Of a stretch of 64,000 nt of DNA, positions 39,143 to 53,151 are shown one piece after another. The notes under the pieces are model-generated. The model saw only the letters and a program-made list of their open reading frames with translations. It was not told the origin of the DNA and searched no databases. Every line of letters begins with the position of its first letter. Within the stretch, counting starts at the first letter, position 1. This DNA comes from Octopus vulgaris (taxonomy: Eukaryota). The stretch spans positions 29,388,001-29,452,000 of the forward strand of contig OX597819.1 of assembly GCA_951406725.2 (NCBI GenBank), read 5' to 3'. Made by a program: the position numbers and the translations under genes.

Positions 39143-40440
39143 GGATCTAGTTAGTTTGAGTCACAAAATCAGCCCCCTTTAATTTTGCTTAGATTGTTTT
39201 CTAATTTGGGCTATGGATGGAGTTCGGAATTTTGATTACACACAATCAATTACTTTCTCTCGTAAATTAAAGAATCTGATGTTATTTGGAATTAAAGTTG
39301 GAAAATTTGTGTAATTTTAACCAATCAAAAGACAGCAAGGCATTAACAGCTAGTTACCATAGCAACATATGACAACTTAAGTGTCCAATTTTACTTTGCT
39401 GTGCTGAATCTTCTCAGCAGCACACAGTCTCTCTGTACATGTTTCGATTTTGTTATTTTTGTGAAAACTTTATAATATGTACACTACCTGTGCTTATATC
39501 AATTAGAATTTTATTTTAGGTATTTTTCTTGAATTTTCGTAGTATTTTACATAAATTTTGGGAAGTTCTTTTTTGTGTTTTTACAATTCTTTTGCCTTTT
39601 GTAAAGTTTTTCTGTGTTTGTTTAATTTTGCTTGTTGGCTGCATCCAAGTCATTTAACTGTACTAGTCTGAAGGAGATACTGAAAACAGAGGTGGATGCT
39701 GCATATTATTTTGAAGTAAAGGGTGTTATTCCTAAAAAAAAATGTGTAGTAAATCTAGGCACAATATTACTAAGAAAGGGGTCCATAGGAATTTATGCTG
39801 GTGGTGCACCCACAATAGACGTAATGAATGTTTGTCAGTAAGAACAGGAAGTAAAAATGGAAAACCTTGGATTTTTCATATGCATCTGACTGCCAAACCT
39901 GCCGCAAGCCACTTTTTACGGAAAAGGGGGAAGAGCGATGGGGGACCTTAAAGTTTCCCGGAACCCAGAAAAGGAAAGATATGGCTGCTATTTCTAACAT
40001 GCCCTGCTACCACGTAACAGCTATTTGCGATAAAGGACCCACCATTATCGCAAATAGCTGCGAATGTGGGTGCACTTGTAAAAATTTACCCAAACACATA
40101 CAGATAAATACATAAATGTAACAAAGAAAAGAATATAAACATGACCTTATAAGGTATTTACCTTTATTTAGAAACCTACAACGAACAAGTAACACAGGGT
40201 ACAACCTTACACAGGTATAACCTCACACAGGTACAACCTTAAAGTTGACACTGTTCACTACAACGAAAGTTTATTATTGGTTAAAAATAGACAGCTTTTT
40301 GGTTTTTAAACGTTTGTAACTTTTTCAGACTTTTTCTCAATAAATGAATAAGAAATGAATGTTTAATATGACAAATTTTCAGATTTTTTTCACTTCATTT
40401 TAAAAGGGGGCTGATTTTGTGACTCAAATGAACAAGATTC
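39143..40440 (+). mobile_element. TIR DNA transposon remnant, possibly Merlin/IS1595-like
   Basis: ~38-bp TIRs GGATCTAGTTAGTTTGAGTCACAAAATCAGCCCCCTTT / AAAGGGGGCTGATTTTGTGACTCAAATGAACAAGATTC; internal CSKS..NLCWWCTHNRRNECLSVRTGS resembles the Zn-ribbon of that family. No clear TSD. Confidence 0.7.
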
Positions 40441-42760
40441 AAGTACAGGGAATACCATCCGCCACAATTTGCTACTCATCTGAAGTACTTAGTAAATACA
40501 TAGTACTTCAACAATTTCTATCAAATACGCTCTCTTTCTTGAGAAGAAAAAATCCTCTTTCCAGGTGACAATAACTTATATGTCAAATTGTTGCACAAGT
40601 TCTAGCTGTTTTGATAAGGGAAATTGGAAAGGCTTGAAATGATTTCATTGGCATTTACTTGTACCAAAGAGCACTCTTTTGATAGACAACACATTGATCT
40701 AGTAAGTATAACTTGGTGGAAGTAAATGCAATTACCAAACTTTCATTCATAAGACCATTTACTATTTGTTTTTTTTTTTTTTCATTTTTTGTTTTGCATT
40801 TCAATTTGTACTCCCAATTGCATACAAGAGCATATGTAAAACGACGTCCTTTATGCTTTAATCATTATCTGCTGATATCAAAATAAGTAGTATTTTGAAA
40901 AGTAAAATATTTTGTAAGGAAGTGTGGGGGGGGGGGGCACTCGTGACGACTCCAAGGGTCAAAAGGGGGCATTTGACTTGGAGGATTAAACACAATAAAA
41001 GTGTTGGGAAGAGTGACAAATGGGTTAGGAAATGCTTGTGTGAAGATGGCATGAGCCAAGCCAGCTTCAAGGAGCAGCACTAGCCAACATAGAAGTAGCA
41101 GAAAAGGCAAACAGAAGAGATCACACTGCTGTAGGTTTGAGTGAGTCTGTTGGTAGTACAGTTACATTAACACAATGTTTTAGACTATTTTTTATCCACA
41201 CTGGGTTTGTTCAGCTAATTTAGAGCTTTTCCAGAAATAATTAGAGCAATTATGTTTGGTAATAACAATGTAAATAAAATAATTAAAAATTAGTTGAGAT
41301 TAATTAGTATCAATTTTCCACTGATGCCATATGACATAAAAGAAATTAATGTGCTTTAATAACCTGATAGTCGTATGCTTATATATGACTAGTCAAACTC
41401 AATTATGAATTATTTAGGAGCAATGGTTTCTGTGTTTTTATGAAGAACAACGCATACTGGAGTAAATGGGTAATCAATGTTCTGAACTCTTGAAAGTAAG
41501 TCACCGAGAAGAAAACAATGCTAGTGGTAGTGGGTAGTTCAAAGGGGGTTAAGTCTTAGAGTAAAAACATTAGGAAGCACATTTAATGTAGAATTTTGGA
41601 TGAAAAGCGTATCAAACATGATGGGGAAAAAAATAGTAATTTGTGAAACAGACTCAGGAAGAAGTTGCAAGGGTCAATTTTATAGGATGGATGGAGGGAG
41701 GGAGGCGGGGGAGAGAGGGAGGAGAGAGAGAGAGAGAGAGAGAGAGAAAACCATACAAGTAGCAATAAGAACAGGCAAGAGAGCAAAGGTTGTTAATTGT
41801 CAGACAGTATTGTAGTCCAGAATGTATGTGTACATTATAGCTGAACTTCTTGTGATATCAGTGCAATTCACAGCATAGAACCTACAATGAGACCTGCAGT
41901 GGCGAGTTACTCTTACATCTGAAATGGTGCTGCTGGTGTACACACAAACAAACTAGAGTTTACCCAGAAAGGGCCACCCAGCCGACTGGCATCAAGTCAC
42001 TCACAGATGTGCTCCAGCCTCTGGCCTACAAGTATGCTATCTCCTCTTTTTTTGTGTGTGCTTTTTTTTCCTAGTGCCCCAGTAATGAATTTTGCTCTTA
42101 GGAGCTGGCTGGGCTCACACCAACTCCACTCAGACATTCCTGTCTCACTTGTCTCTTTCTCTTCCCATCATTCTTGTTGTGTCCAACCCCCTAACTCCAT
42201 CTTCTATGAGCCACCATGCCCAGAACACCAACTCACTAGAATTTCTTCCCAGCTCATATTTTCCCAGCAGGTGTCAATATACAAGAGTTTGAGAGAAACA
42301 CTAATGGCATCAATTTCACCAGTATAGGGATGTCCAGCAATGATCCAACAAGTAAATGAGGTTCTTAAAGCATATTGGGGAACCCTCCCCACCACCGCAA
42401 AAAAAAACAAAAAAAAAAAAACAAGAAAGGAATTAAACCCATATGCACACATTATTCAGATCAGGTTATTAATTGCTAATAAAAAAATTAGTTATGGTAG
42501 CTAAAGCAAAATAAGGATAAAAACAAAAGAAAATATTGATCAAATACCAAAATATTAATCTTATTTTTTATTGCTGTGCAATGTAATTTTCACAAACTCT
42601 CTATAGAGTAAGCTAGATAGTACTAGTGCCAGCAAGTAGGCTGTTACTGCTGCTAGTGGAGCCAAATAATGCAGAAACATTCAGAGTTGTCTCCTTTCCT
42701 TGTTCAACCAAACAACGTTGTTAGCAAACCTCTAATAATTTCCTTAGTCGCACTATTTAA

Positions 42761-42981
42761 CCCTTTTGTTACCAACCTGGCTGAAACCGGCTCTGGCCCT
42801 GTAGTACAAATGTCTTGTTTTCAAAAGTTCTGAATTAAAATCTTCCACCAAACTTTAGTCACAATTTATGTTCCTAACACTAACTTAATGATAGCTAAGT
42901 TATTTTACTAAATTCTTTGTTATATTTAAAATGACTGAAAGAAGCACAAAGCATCTCAAAATAAATACAGTAACAAAAGGG
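42761..42981. mobile_element. piggyBac-like MITE (TTAA family 2)
   Basis: TTAA|CCCTTTTGTTAC..GTAACAAAAGGG|TTAA; related copies at about 53963-54188, 23675-23900 and 51030-51102. Confidence 0.85.
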
Positions 42982-43423
42982 TTAACAATAAAAAAAACTA
43001 TAACCATCATATGCAAGCAAGCAACGTGATGGAATTTACATACTGTCATAAATTGTTTTAGGTGCCTATGTAGTTGCGAGCAGTCATAAGCTCCTCTTAG
43101 CCCACTTTACCTCTTTACTCAGCAGAACCTCAAAGTGGTGACAAATGGAGGGAAAAAGGGCCATGCATGCACTTGTAATCATTTTCAGCCGGGAGCAGCA
43201 TAAAAAAATATGTTCCTTGTTCAAGAACACAATGCACCACCCAATCCAGGAATTGAACACTTGACTTAATGATAATCAGCTCAATACCCTCACTGCAAAC
43301 TGTGGTTATTTCTGATGTTGAAAACAGTGTAAGCAATCAAAATCCATCTTTTTACTATTTAATATAAAATTATACAATTGTGTGTGGTATGTGCATGTAT
43401 GTGTGTGTGTGTATGTGTATCTA

Positions 43424-43466
<43 letters not shown>

Positions 43467-44755
43467 AAAGTTTAGATTAGTTAAAATATGTCACGATGGC
43501 AACACAAGACAGATAGAGTGTTTTTACATTTTTTCTTACCACAAGAGAAAATATTTTCTATGATAACTGAAGTGAATTTGTCTTTCAGCAGTTGAAATAT
43601 GTCACAAACATATTTTAACTAATCTAAACTTTGTTTATGCCTAAACACTACTTGGCACTAATATTTTGGTAATATAATATATATATTTATATATGCATGG
43701 TCATGTGGTAAGAAGTTTGCTTCCCAACCACATGGTTCTGGGTTTAGTCCCACTGCATGATACCTTGAGTGAGTGTCTTCTTTTACAGCCCCAGGTTGCC
43801 CAGAGCTTTGTGAGTGGCTCTAGTATCAGAAACTGAAAGAAGCTTGTCATTTATATTCATATATGTGTGTGTACATGTGTATGTATGTGTGTGCGCGCTA
43901 CTGTCTCTTTGCTTTCACATCATATGATAGTTGAATATAAGTTGTAATGCAAGTGGTGTGTTCAGTTCCAAAATGTTCTGTGAAAATATGCTCGGTCAAA
44001 CAGAAAAGGGTTGGCAACACACTCTGTCCAACACAAGCAAGCATGGAAAATTGGATGCTAAAATGATGATGATAATGATGAGATATATATATATATATAT
44101 ATTGCAACCTTTGAATAAGCTGATGTTGAAAAAAATGTCTTAATACTAAAGTCATTTAATAAAGACTATACAAATGAGTTCAGTAAGCAACATGCTTCAA
44201 GCTGTGCATATTAGAAATTAATTTAATATCATAGATTTTGACATATGTGTATACAGAAATATCAAGAAAAAATAAAGTTTCTAGTTAAACAGTACATCAG
44301 AAGCCTCTAGAATGTTAGGTTACAAGAAATAATTATTTTAAAAAGCAGTGTTTGACTTTTATTTTTCGTTATGCTAATTTTATGCACCCATTATTTGGAT
44401 AAACATAATTATTAATTCGCATGACAATTACGTTAAAAGTTCTGGCATGCAAGGGACACTCTGTGGTCATGGAAATAACATTCTACTGTTATATCAGAAA
44501 CATCTGAAGAAATGTATGAATGAATGGAGAGGGTGGTGGTGATGGTGGTGGGAAATTAATTGAAAACATTAGTTATTGGCTTTTATATCACTTTGACATC
44601 TATTTTATACACACATATACATGCATATGTATGAATGTGCGTGTGTGTGTTTTATATACATATATACTTATATGAAGCAAGTATATTGAATGTATATTGC
44701 TATCTTAGAAAATACTATAAACTCAAAGAAGCAGTTCTATAAAAGAGGTATTTAA

Positions 44756-44968
44756 CCCTTTAACATTTCAACCAGTCATATCCAGCCCAAATATTCTACC
44801 TGTTTATGTTCAAACCAGACAGATCCAGCCTTTCACACCTACCCTATGATGTCATTCTAAAAATAACATAATCGAAATCTTGAAGTAATGAAATGATGCA
44901 TGATTAACTTTTTTTAAATGTGAATAAATAAGCATTACATATGGCAAAGTAATTTGAATGCTAAAGGA
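44756..44968. mobile_element. TTAA MITE family 1 copy
   Basis: TTAA|CCCTTTAAC..GCTAAAGGA|TTAA; body matches 12862-13081. Confidence 0.8.
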
Positions 44969-46386
44969 TTAAAGTTTGCTTTATTTAACACTGAGGTACC
45001 TGAGCCACCACTTGCTGGTTACACAAACCATGATCTTACGTTTAGAAGATGCCATCTGATTTTTAGGGACATTGGGTAGCATAAAAAAGAAAAAAATGGA
45101 ATACCTTATAAGGTGTCAAATATGGTCTGTAACACAAACAAATATAGTTCACTCTTGTTGCATATATTTTTGTAGAGAACGTATGAAATTACTTCAATGT
45201 ATTGTCTTTTTAGGTTATTACTTGTTCTCAGAGGAACAGAATACAACCACACAATAAATGTTAATTGCATCAGCTCACCTAGTCTTTTAAATTACATTTC
45301 TATCATCTCAAAATAGGGAAGGACACAGTAAACGGCACAAGCTTAGCTATACAAAAAAATTAGCTGATCATTGTGGGGATTCTACTGATATCTCTACAGG
45401 AGATCAACATCCTGACCACGAGAAAATCTGTTTTAAACCTGCTCGATAAACAAAGTCGATAAACAAAAAAGAAGTAGCAGATATGATAAAGCAGTGTTAT
45501 AGCTAGAAGAATCCTTATCATAGTGCATTGTACAATATTTTTAGATAATTAATTATCTAAAAATGCTGAGGTAATTGATGAGTATTAAACGATGTTGTCA
45601 GAGAAGTAAATATGATAAATAATGATATGGTTAAAAGAATCATTACTATTAATTAATTTATAGTGCCTACACAGCGTTTCTAAATAATTAACCATTAAAA
45701 AATGATACGTAGTACATGATGAATATTCACCAGGTTGTCAGTACATGCATTATCATGCAACTTAGGTCAATTTAGTGAAGCCAGGATCTATATGACCAAT
45801 AAATAGCTATAAGTTATTCCAAGAACAAAATATGAATATTCTGAGATGAAACTAAGAAGGCTAGAAGCTAGTCAAATAAATCCCAGTTGTTTTTTTGTTT
45901 TTTTCTTTGCCTACAGAAAGATAAAATCCTACAGAATATGAATCCTTCATCCAAATTAAACACTATCAGTGACTTTAGTTAATTTACTCTGTTGCAAGCA
46001 TTTAGGTAAGGTCTCCAGTTTCAGGATATTTTTTTCTCACCAGTCTCAGAGGTCTTGTAGAAGACTCACGAGCACTGCTTAAACTCCTTGCTCAGGATTT
46101 AAAAAAGATTTTTAAAAACCCACTTCATTTACTTTTCATAGCAAAGATAAAATTGTGGGTCTGTTAAAAGATATACTTTACATTTCAAATACTAATTAAT
46201 AGTATCATTAATGAATTAGAGGTGCAAGTATGATTGTGTGGTTAAGAAGTTTGCTTCCCAACCACATGGCTTTGAGTTCAGTCCCACTGCATGGCATCTT
46301 GCACAAATTTCTTGTACTATATATAGCACTAGGCTGATCAAAGCCTTGAGGGGATTTGGTAGATGGAAACTGAAAGAAGATTGCAA

Positions 46387-46417
<31 letters not shown>

Positions 46418-46428
46418 CTGCATATATA

Positions 46429-47818
46429 AACTGAACCACAAAAGAAACATTGCACACATACTAAATAGAAACCGGTTTATTAACAGACTGCTACAGCATT
46501 GATTGAAGAGTGCTAATTAAGAAACCGTTCTTTCCTAATGATAAAATGTCATTTCCTGAAACATGTTTGACGATTAATGAAAGCCATGGAGGTAGAAGCC
46601 CACACTCTGTTAAAACTTGCAGTAAATTGTGCCGCAGTTGTCAGCCTTGAACGAGTGTCCTTTAGCCTTCTTTGGATTTTGTCCCACAGGTGCTCTATAC
46701 TGTTCAAGTCCGGACTTAGGGCAGGCCATGGCAGTGTCTGGATGTTGCGATGTTGAGGGAAGTCTGTTGTCAATCTGGCAGTATGGACATGGGTGTTGTC
46801 ATGTTGGAATACATGATTCCGATGATGGGCAAATTATGACACAATGTGAGGCCTCCACACTTGGTCGATGTAGTAAGCACTGGTTACTCCACTGCCCTGG
46901 CCTTGGCTGATGTTTTGGAAGACCACCAGTCTAAGTTTCAGGTTGAGTGCAATCCCGCCCCATACTATGATGCTCTGTCCTTCCCATGACTCTCTCTCCA
47001 CCACACAGCCTTCAGCATGATGTTCACTCCTTCTTCTCCAAACCCTAGCTCTGCCATCTGCTACAGAAATGAAATATCGACTTTTGTCAGAGAAAACTAC
47101 AGTCCTCCACTGCTGATATTGCCAGTTCTGACGTTTTTGAGCCCACTGCAGATGTGCCTGTTAATGATGATCTGTGAGGATGGAACCCCCAGCCCGACGT
47201 GAACAAGACAGATTGAAAGATCACAGCTAGCAGTGAACTGTCTCAGGACAAATGGGTCTGTGGTGAGTCCTGGTCTTCCTAGCTGATTTCGCTGCCCTCT
47301 GGAATTGGTCCTGCAAGTGCTGTCGGTGCAGGTGGCGATCTTGTAACACTCAGTCGGCCACTGTGTGGATGATCATCAGGCTGTTTGGCATTGTATTGTT
47401 CCTTCAGCTGCTCAATTGTCTGAATACTGCAGTTCAAATCATTAGCAATGACCCATGGATGTTGACCAGCATGGAGACATCTGATGGCTTCCTCCCTCTC
47501 ATTTCATGTCAGTCTTGGTATACTTGCTGCTTTCAGGAAATGAATGACAGGCTGGTAAATTTGGGTGTCTTTTGTATCCAATGAGTCACTTTGTACGTGC
47601 ATCATGCTTTTCATAAAGATGCATTCACAAGCATTACCATTTTCACGAAAAGTGAGCAAGTTCGAACACCACATGCAATCCTTGCGTTTTCAAAAGAGAG
47701 TGGTATTGTGGGTCTTGCTGATCTCAAATTACCTAGAAATGTGATAAAATCCATATAATCTCAATATCATGTGTGAAACAATCTTTTACAGTGTGACATT
47801 CTTTTTTGTAGTTCAGTA
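46429..47818 (-). mobile_element. Decayed full-length Tc1-like transposon (DDE transposase pseudogene)
   Basis: Minus-strand motifs VVFSDKSR (~47090), SIIVWGGI (~46970), FQHDNT (~46805) and WPALSPDLNSIEHLW; imperfect TIRs ACTGAACCACAAAAGAAA / TTCTTTTTTGTAGTTCAGT with flanking TA. Confidence 0.88.
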
Positions 47819-47860
47819 TACATACATACATACATACATACATACACATATATATATATT

Positions 47861-48150
47861 GTCTTTACTGTCCTGTTTTTGTTACCATTTTTACCCCTCC
47901 GCAAAAAATCTCAAATTTTATTTAATTTGTTTTTCGTGGGAAGGAATGTTTCAACGAAGTCGTATCTCGCCTTGAACTTCAAAACGTGGAGTAGATGAAA
48001 CAGAGGCGACTGAAGAAGGGGAATTTTCCTTGTGTTGTTTGTCCTGTACTCTATTTTTTCATTGTTTAAGAAAAATGTCCATTTCCTTGGTTTTGTGTTT
48101 ATGTTTTCGTTTCTATTGTGTTCAACGTTTTTTAGGTGTCCTGTACCCAT
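47861..48150 (+). mobile_element. Dispersed repeat, probable Penelope-like terminal region (family 2)
   Basis: Homologous to 20385-20652 in the opposite orientation; contains AGGCGA-CTGAAGA-AGGG. Confidence 0.55.
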
Positions 48151-49013
48151 ATATGCATGTATATATACATGTAGATGTAGGTACGTACATATATGTATGT
48201 ATATATGCATAGTTTTATTTATTAATTTGTTATGTATGCATGTATGTATGAGTATGTGGGTATTTGGGTCCTCTTGTCTTGATATTATGCGAATGTTGTA
48301 AAGGCATGTGTAGCCATAGGGAAATAATACTTTGCTCAGAAAAAGATAAGAGTTGGTGAGAAGAAGGGAAATGTAGCCATAGAAATTCTGCCTTAATAAA
48401 CTCTGTCAGACCCATGCAAGCATGGAAATGTGAATGATAAAACGATGATCATGATGAATTCAAAGTCTAACAAATATCTTCCCTCAATTCAGAAGAGAGA
48501 AGCTAACACTGTAAAGATGAATTTATATGTACAAGACTATCTATCTATTCAAGGCCGATATTTTGTCTATACAAGGCAACCATAAACATCTATATTAGGT
48601 AGTTATGTCTGTCTCCGTAAGGTAGGCATAGTCATCTTTATAAAGTAATATATATCCAAAAATTTCAAAAGCATATCTAAATTCTCAAAACTAATTCATT
48701 TTAAAACAGAGAAATAAAATAACTACTGTTGTTATTGTTGTTTACCCTGTAGAGATCTTGATCACGTAGAACTATTAACAAAGGCATTCCATCTTTTCAG
48801 TCCCTGTGTCCCTGTTATAATCTTATTTAATATGCCCATTCATTATTTTTTAAGTGCTATTTCTAGCAGGTTGAGTGATCAGGTAGCAACTGTTATATTG
48901 AATTTTTGTAACTGGTTATGTGTATGGTTCTTAAGATTACAGAACTATATCTAGATTTCATTCAACCAGCCTTATAGAAAAACAGGTGCATTACATTGAC
49001 GAGGCAAGTAAAT

Positions 49014-49441
49014 AAGAGAAAGAGGAGGAGGAAGAGAGAGAGTGGAAGAGTGAGAGAGGGAAAGAGAGAGGAAGAGAAAGGGAAACATAGATAGGGAAAG
49101 AGATAAGGGAGAGATAGGAAGGGAGAGGTAGGAAGGGAGAGATAGGAAGGGAGAGATAGGAAGGGAGAGATAGGAAGGGAGAGATAGGAAAGGAGAGGGA
49201 GGAAGGGAGGTAGGGAGAGAAGGGAGAAAGAGGAAGGGAGAAAGAGGAAGGGAGAAAGAGGAAGAGAAAGAGGGGAAGGAAGGGAGAGGAAGAGAGAAGC
49301 AGAGAGAGGATGAGAGAAGAAAGGTGAGAGAAGAAGATAGAAGAGAGAGGATGAGAGCAGGAGGAAGAGAGAGGGTGAGAGAGAGAGAATGAGAAAGAGA
49401 GAGGGAAGAAGAAAGAGGATGAGAGGAAAGAGAAAGAGAGA
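49014..49441. repeat. Polypurine (GA-rich) tract with GGGAGAGATAGGAA subrepeats
   Basis: Almost exclusively G/A on the + strand. Confidence 0.95.
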
Positions 49442-50077
49442 TTACATATCAGGGAACTCCTTACTTCTTGTGGGAGACTAGCAGTTGCCCACACATGCAA
49501 ATCTCATCTCTTCATTGTATAAAACGCAAAGAGTCAAAACAGTTACTATAAGGGATCTCATCCAACATCCAAACAACTATATCAATCCACTGTCCTGAGC
49601 CTTATTTATTGAACCTAAAAAGATGAAAAGGAAAAGTTAATCTTAATGAGATTTGAACTCAGTATGCTTAGAGCCAGAACAAATACAACAAGGCATTCTA
49701 GCTGAGGTTTTAATAACTCTGGAAATTCCCCACCCTAAATATTTTACAGTATTTTTCATTCCATTGAAAGATCTTAATGTTAACATGACATATGTTCAAT
49801 ATGTATTTCTGAGCAACTTCAACTTATGTTAAATATCATAAATGCTCTTACAATGTCCATCGTTTTCTTAATGAAAATTTGAAGCAGAGGGTATGTTTGA
49901 AAACTAATATATTAGCCAATGTAATACCATGTTACAATGCATTTGCTACATAATATCATGTTATAATGTATTTGTCTATATAACACTTGTGATATTTGCC
50001 TATATAATACTATGAGATAATATATTCATCTATAGAATACCTGTGAGTTTTGCTTATAAATTATACCTGCAACATTA

Positions 50078-50445
50078 GCCCATAGAATACACACGATATT
50101 TGCCCATGGAATACATACGATATTTGCCCATGGAATACACACGATATTTGCCCATGGAATACACACGATATTTGCCCATGGAATACACACGATATTTGCC
50201 CATGGAATACACACAATATTTGCCCATGGAATACACACGATATTTGGCCATGGAATACACATGATATTTGCCCATGGAATACACACGATATTTGCCCATG
50301 GAATACACACAATATTTGCCCATAGGATTCCCATTTTGTTTACCCACAGGATACCTGTGATGTTTGCCCATAAAATACCCATGATGTTTACCCATAAAAT
50401 ACCCATGATGTTTGCCCATAAAATATTCATGATATTTTCCATATA
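50078..50445. repeat. 24-bp minisatellite, about 15 units
   Basis: GCCCATGGAATACACACGATATTT at 24-bp spacing from 50078; diverges towards 50440. Confidence 0.95.
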
Positions 50446-51294
50446 ACAAATACAACTGACTCCAAACTTAAACTATTAAGAAAACATAAAATAAAAACAC
50501 TAGAAATTATTTGGATGTACCTTAAAAACGCTAAAGGTAACCACTTCCACCATACTAGCTAAGATGCTTTTCTTATAGCAGCCCATTAATAGCAATTAGA
50601 CTTTGTAACCATATTGTTCCATTGGATAAAAAACACAGATTCTTTAACTCAATATTAGATGGAAAAGAAGAAAAAAAATCAAATAGGTGAATCATATTTC
50701 TGAACCATCTTTTAGTATTCCTGGAATCCATTTTGTTGTGTTGTATTATCATGATATAAAAATATGTGCTTTGGGTCAAAATGAGAGAAATAATAATTGT
50801 ACAGTTAACACAAATAAAAAAACAGCTTGCAGCAGAACAAATATAAACAAACATCTTTCAATGGTCAATTAGTAAAAATACTGTATTGCGTGTGTGACAC
50901 CATGTTATAATATAGTTCGGATCTTTTCGGTTTGAACGGCAGTTTTTCTTGCGGTGTCATATGAAATTGTCACCCATAATTATGACCCTAGTATCGATCT
51001 GTTGCATTTCAATCTGTTTTAGGATTAGGGGAAGATTTTAATTCAAAACTTATGAAAACAAGACATTTGAACTCAGAGTCAGCCGGGTTGGTAACGAAAG
51101 GGTTAAACATGCTCTCATATCACATGAACCACACCCTGCTCACCTGCCTAATGATTACATAAGCACTTGTGCCTCAAAGATAAGCTTGGGAGAGCAAGAG
51201 ACTAGAAGGGTAAACTTGAAAGCAACAAAAGGAAACCACTGCTGTATCTTTTCCAAGAAAAAGTATGAATCTTCAAACTTTGGAATGGAAGCTA

Positions 51295-51355
<61 letters not shown>

Positions 51356-52923
51356 AAAGATGCCTAAATTGGTCAATCATTCTTGTAATAATTATAACTA
51401 TAAACCTTTTAATAATTAGAGGTTTTTGAAAGAATAAATTAATATAAATTACACCAGAGGTGAATGTTCTTGGGATATCTTTCCAACATTAATTTGTCAT
51501 AGCTGCAAGAGCCATACGGTATTTTTCAGACATTGAATTGATGTAACGATATTCTTTAAAAAAATATTGTATTGGGAGAAGGAAAAAGTTACTGTATTTT
51601 AGAAAGGTGATACACTAATTTAGCTGGCAATATATTAAAAAAAAATACAATTTTAAGAAATATCCTAATTATCATTCAATAAAAAAAAAAAATAATAGTT
51701 AATTAAAATTAAATACTTTCTTGCACAGTCAAACAGATTTTCATTATATTTAGTAAATGTTCAATCTCTGAATTGAATCTGTTGTAATATTTTAGATCAT
51801 ATTTGTTCAGTAATTTTGGATTTTTTAATTGTCACAGATTGATTAATTATCAGAAGTAGAGAAAACAATTAAAAATAATCATAATAAATTCCATATTTCA
51901 AATATCAGGTAAAGTAAGTTATAATGTTCAATGAAGATAGTAAAAAAAGAATTATGAATGTAGAAAAGTTGCAAATTGAACAGGGTAGTAGTAGTTGTGT
52001 GTTTTATTTTTTTGATGAATGATGAGAAAAATTAAATATGGGTGAATGATTTATAAATAAAAAGTTTTCCAAAACCACAATCAAATCTAGAAGACTAAAT
52101 TTGAAGGCTAAGTTGGTATTTGATCAAACACTGTTTACAGTTTTTGATTTTACCATTCAGTATTTTATAAGCTTAAACACATAATTCTTAAGTATATACA
52201 AGAATTTCAATATAATAAAAACCTAGTTCTTGGTCAATTCAATAAAGAAAATACATAATTTGCAAAAAAATTTTTTCAGAAATAGAGACCAAAGTTCACG
52301 AAATGAAATGAGATTGTATAATATATTCCTGCCTATCCAAAGAAGAACAAATGCCACAGCTCAAAGCTACATATGCTGATCAAGGTGTTGAGATGTAGGA
52401 TCAAACCAAGAACTAATTGGTTATGAAGTAAATTTCTTAACAACACAGTAAACTATTAAAATAGTGTTACCTAAAAGCATATATTAATCTTATATAAAAA
52501 GCAAATAAGAACCTGTAAGTATCACCATCATTTTCATCATATACTCACTTTACGAGCTGGTATGAGGTGGAGAGGTCATTTCCACATTCCTAGATGGGTC
52601 AGAGGATCACATCTCATTCAGAAATTACATTTTTGGCTTGGTTTCTATAGCTGTAAACGGAGCCAAACCAAACAAGAAAGCGAGAACTAATCTACCAAAA
52701 CCAAATTCATCAAATAAAAACTGTTTTGTGAACACCATCACCATCATCACCCTCCTCCTCCTCCTCCTCAACATCATCATTTAACATCCACTTTTCCAGG
52801 CTTGCATGAGTCAGATGAAATTTTCCTGAGGCATATTTTTCTATGGCTTCCACATATGTATTTATTTCTGTAATAAGAACTCTCTGCTAACAGTTCATGG
52901 CACATAAAGTGTTGTCTTTCACA

Positions 52924-53151
52924 TACTCTTTTACTCTTTTACTCGTTTCAGTCATTTGACTGTGGCCATGCTGAAGCACCGCCTTTAGTCAAGCAAATCG
53001 ACTTAGAGGTTCGGCAAAAGAGACCGATAGAATAAGTACTAGGCTTGCAAAGAATAAGTCCTGGGGTCGATTTGCTTGACTAAAGGCGGTGCTCCGGCAT
53101 GGCCATAGTCAAATGACTGAAACAAGTAAAAGAGTAAAGAGTAAAAGAGTA
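52924..53151. mobile_element. Fold-back of two inverted SINE family A 3' ends
   Basis: 52924-53002 is the near-perfect reverse complement of 53066-53151; both end in (TAAAAGAG)n-type tails. Confidence 0.85.

Noticed and set aside
48991-49500. 169-aa Ser/Leu/Pro/Phe ORF
   Set aside because: Translation of the CT-rich strand of the polypurine tract.
50026-50455. Repeat-protein ORFs or a CRISPR-like array
   Set aside because: Contiguous 24-bp units with no unique spacers, no cas genes and a eukaryotic context.
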